Shown: one piece after another, positions 61,566 to 64,000 of the stretch
Position numbering within the stretch: position 1 is the first letter of the stretch
Layout of the letters: the number at the start of each line of letters is the position of its first letter
Assembly (NCBI GenBank): GCA_030390025.1
Contig: CM059431.1
Coordinates: 111,416,001 to 111,480,000 of the forward strand
Length of the DNA stretch: 64,000 nucleotides
Reading direction: 5' to 3'
Origin: Squalus acanthias
Lineage: Eukaryota
Position numbers and translations under genes: made by a program
Notes under the pieces: model-generated
Database searches by the model: none
Seen by the model: the letters and a program-made list of their open reading frames with translations, nothing else
Told to the model about the DNA's origin: nothing

Positions 61566-62326
61566 GGGGGAAAAATTCAGCTGCTTGCGCCTCCCGTTAG
61601 CGCCTTAAGAGGGCGCTAATGGGGCGTAAAGCAGCTAACGCCCGGGCGCAGCGCCGCCCACGCCTCCCGAAAAATTTAGTGGGAGGTTAGCGGCGGCGGC
61701 AGCCGGTAGCGCCCTGTGGCGCTGCGCCGCCGGCGATGACGTCATCGCCGTGCGCAGCACTCCGCTCGCGCCCCGGCCGTGATCTTCAGTCGCGCCCCCT
61801 GATTTACCGCCAGACGCTATGTCCGACGGGTTCAGGGAGGCGTACGTGCGGCCGGGGCGGCGATATTTAAAGGGGAGGTGGCAGGCGGCCATTTTTGTTG
61901 CTGGCCGCCTGCCAGCACCTGCCCCTGGCCCCCGTGAAGCCCCCCCACCGTGAAGTGCCGGCTGCGCTCCAAGAGCCCGGCACTTCTCTTGAGTGCCGGG
62001 CTCTTTTGCCGGCACTCCCGATCCCTGGGGGCCCAGCTGGGCCCCGGTTCGCGCTGCGCAGGGTCCCTCCCCTTTAAGAAGGGGAGGAAGGCCTGCAATA
62101 CCGCGGCGCGACGTGCCGCAGCGCGTGGCGCTGCGGCACGTAGCGCCAGGATATTCACTCGCAGCGCCCCAAGAGGGATGCGGGGTGCTTCCAGTGGCGC
62201 CCCGCTTCCCTCTTGGGGCGCAACCACTGAAGTTCCGGCGCGGGGCCGCTAATTTTTTCGGGGCGCTAAAAGTCGCGCCCCGGCGAGGTTAGCGCCCCAA
62301 ATGGGGCGCGACTCAATTTTTACCCC
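61566..62326. mobile_element. Harbinger-type MITE family A, full length
   Basis: TIRs GGGGGAAAAATT / AATTTTTACCCC with a TAA duplication; CpG-rich. Confidence 0.88.
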
Positions 62327-62657
62327 TAAAACTTTAATCTAGGTTTTACTACAGCAATGCGGCATAAAATATTTTATCTGTCATCGTGCAGAGTCCCACC
62401 TTTGTCAACAACAAAAACAACTTATGATGCCTTTAACATATAAAAGAAAAAATGCTCCTTAGCGGCCTAATCAAAACAACATATGTTGAACCAAAGGAGA
62501 TTTTAGGAGGGATAATGGAAAAACTTGGTCAAAAAGATAGGTTTTAAAGAGGGTCTTAAAGGACGAGGGAGGTAGAGAGGTGGAGGGGTTTAGCGAGCGA
62601 ATTTCAGGACATGAACCTAGGTGCTGAAGGCCCAGCCGCTAATGGTGGGGCAAAGTA

Positions 62658-63532
62658 CACACAGTAAACAGTGTAGATGGCAGCAGAATGTTACAAAAGG
62701 ACATTGATAGATTGAGTGAGTGGGCAAAACTGTGGCAGATGGAGTTCAATGTGGAGAAGTGTAAGGTCTTTGGAGCTAAGAAAGATAGATCAGGGTATTT
62801 TCTAAACGGTGAGAAGCTAGGGAGTGTAGTGCAGCAGAGATTTCGGGGTCCAAGTGCAGAAATCATTAAACGCCAGTGGACAGGTACAAAATGAATTTAA
62901 AAGGCTAATGGAATGTTGGCCTTTATCTCAAGAGGGCTGGAATACAAAGGGATGGAAGTTATGTTACAGCTGTACAGAGCTCTGGTCGACCCCATCTGGG
63001 GTACTGATTTAGTGCTGGGCACCACACCTCAGGAAGGATGTATTGGCCTTGGAGGGCGTGCAGTGCAGATTCACTAAAATGGTACTGGGGCTAAAATGGT
63101 TAAATTATCAGGACAGGTTGCATAGAGTAGATTTGTATTCCTTTGAATATAGAAGCCGAAGGGGTGATCTAATTGAGGTGCTTAAGATGATCAAAGGGTA
63201 GATAGAAACTATTTCCTCTGGTGGGCGAGTCCAGAACAAGGGGGCATAACCTTAAAATTAGAGCGAGGCCGTCAGGTGTGCTGTCAGAAAACACTTCTTC
63301 ACACAACGGGTAGTGGAAATCTGGAACTCTCTCCCCCAAAAAGCTGTTGAGGCTGGGGGTCAACTGATAATTTCAAAACTGAGATTGATAAGATTTTTGT
63401 CAGGCAATGGTATTAAGGATTACGGAACCAAGGCAGGTAGATGGAGTTAAGATACAGATCAACCTTGATCTAATTGAATGGCGGAACAGGCTCGAGGGGC
63501 TGAATGGCCTCCTCCTGTTCCTATGCTTCTAT
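62658..63532 (+). mobile_element. Decayed CR1 inserted into an L2 fragment (~62405-63910, minus strand)
   Basis: LQKDIDRLSEWAKLWQMEFNVEKC motif and CR1 3' hairpin; L2 sequence on both sides. Confidence 0.85.
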
Positions 63533-64000
63533 GAAGGGAAGAACAGAGGTGCACAAGAGGCTGGAGTCAGACAAATGGAGAGTACGGACGGAGTGTAATA
63601 GGGCTGGACGAGGTTACAGAGATAGGGTGGGGCAAGCTATGAAGGGCTTTAAACACGAGGATAAGAATGATAAATTTGAATTGTTGGGGGAGCAGAGGCC
63701 AATGTAGATCAGCAAGGACATGAATAATAAATGAGAGGGAACTCGTGCGGGATAGGATACGGCAGCACAGTTTTGGAAGAGCTGAAGTTTACCGAGGATG
63801 GAGATGGGGAGGCTGAGTAGAACAGCATTGGAATAGTCGGGGCTGGAGGTGACAAAGGCATGGATGAGGGTTTCAGCTGCAGATGGACTGAGGTAGCAGC
63901 GGAGGTGGATGATTTTTTTTTTAACTCATTCTCGGGATGTGGGCGTTGTTGGCAAGACTGCCCATTCCTATTTTCCTTGAAAAAATGGTGCTGGGCCTTC

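Overview
Repeat-dominated vertebrate genomic DNA, most likely from a cartilaginous fish (inferred from the mix of CR1 and L2 LINEs, tRNA-headed Deu-domain SINEs, Penelope-type hairpins and many Harbinger-type MITEs). Nearly all ORFs in the six-frame track are transposon remnants or noise. The main contents are: (1) the 3' part of an unidentified spliced host gene on the minus strand, assembled by eye from five phase-compatible exons (52360-52169, 41247-41190, 38132-38062, 35083-35037, 31993-31948); (2) a full-length 4.3-kb Ty3/Gypsy LTR retrotransposon with CsRn1-clade hallmarks (19174-23516) whose single gag-pol frame is broken by one stop; (3) a 173-bp near-perfect palindrome with hammerhead-ribozyme-like cores, inserted with a target-site duplication into a CR1; (4) a Harbinger series comprising a fossil transposase, two deletion derivatives with Myb/SANT remnants and several MITE families; (5) hAT- and Tigger-like MITEs and several nested insertions. 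No tRNA, rRNA or CRISPR features were found. All calls were made by eye without database searches.
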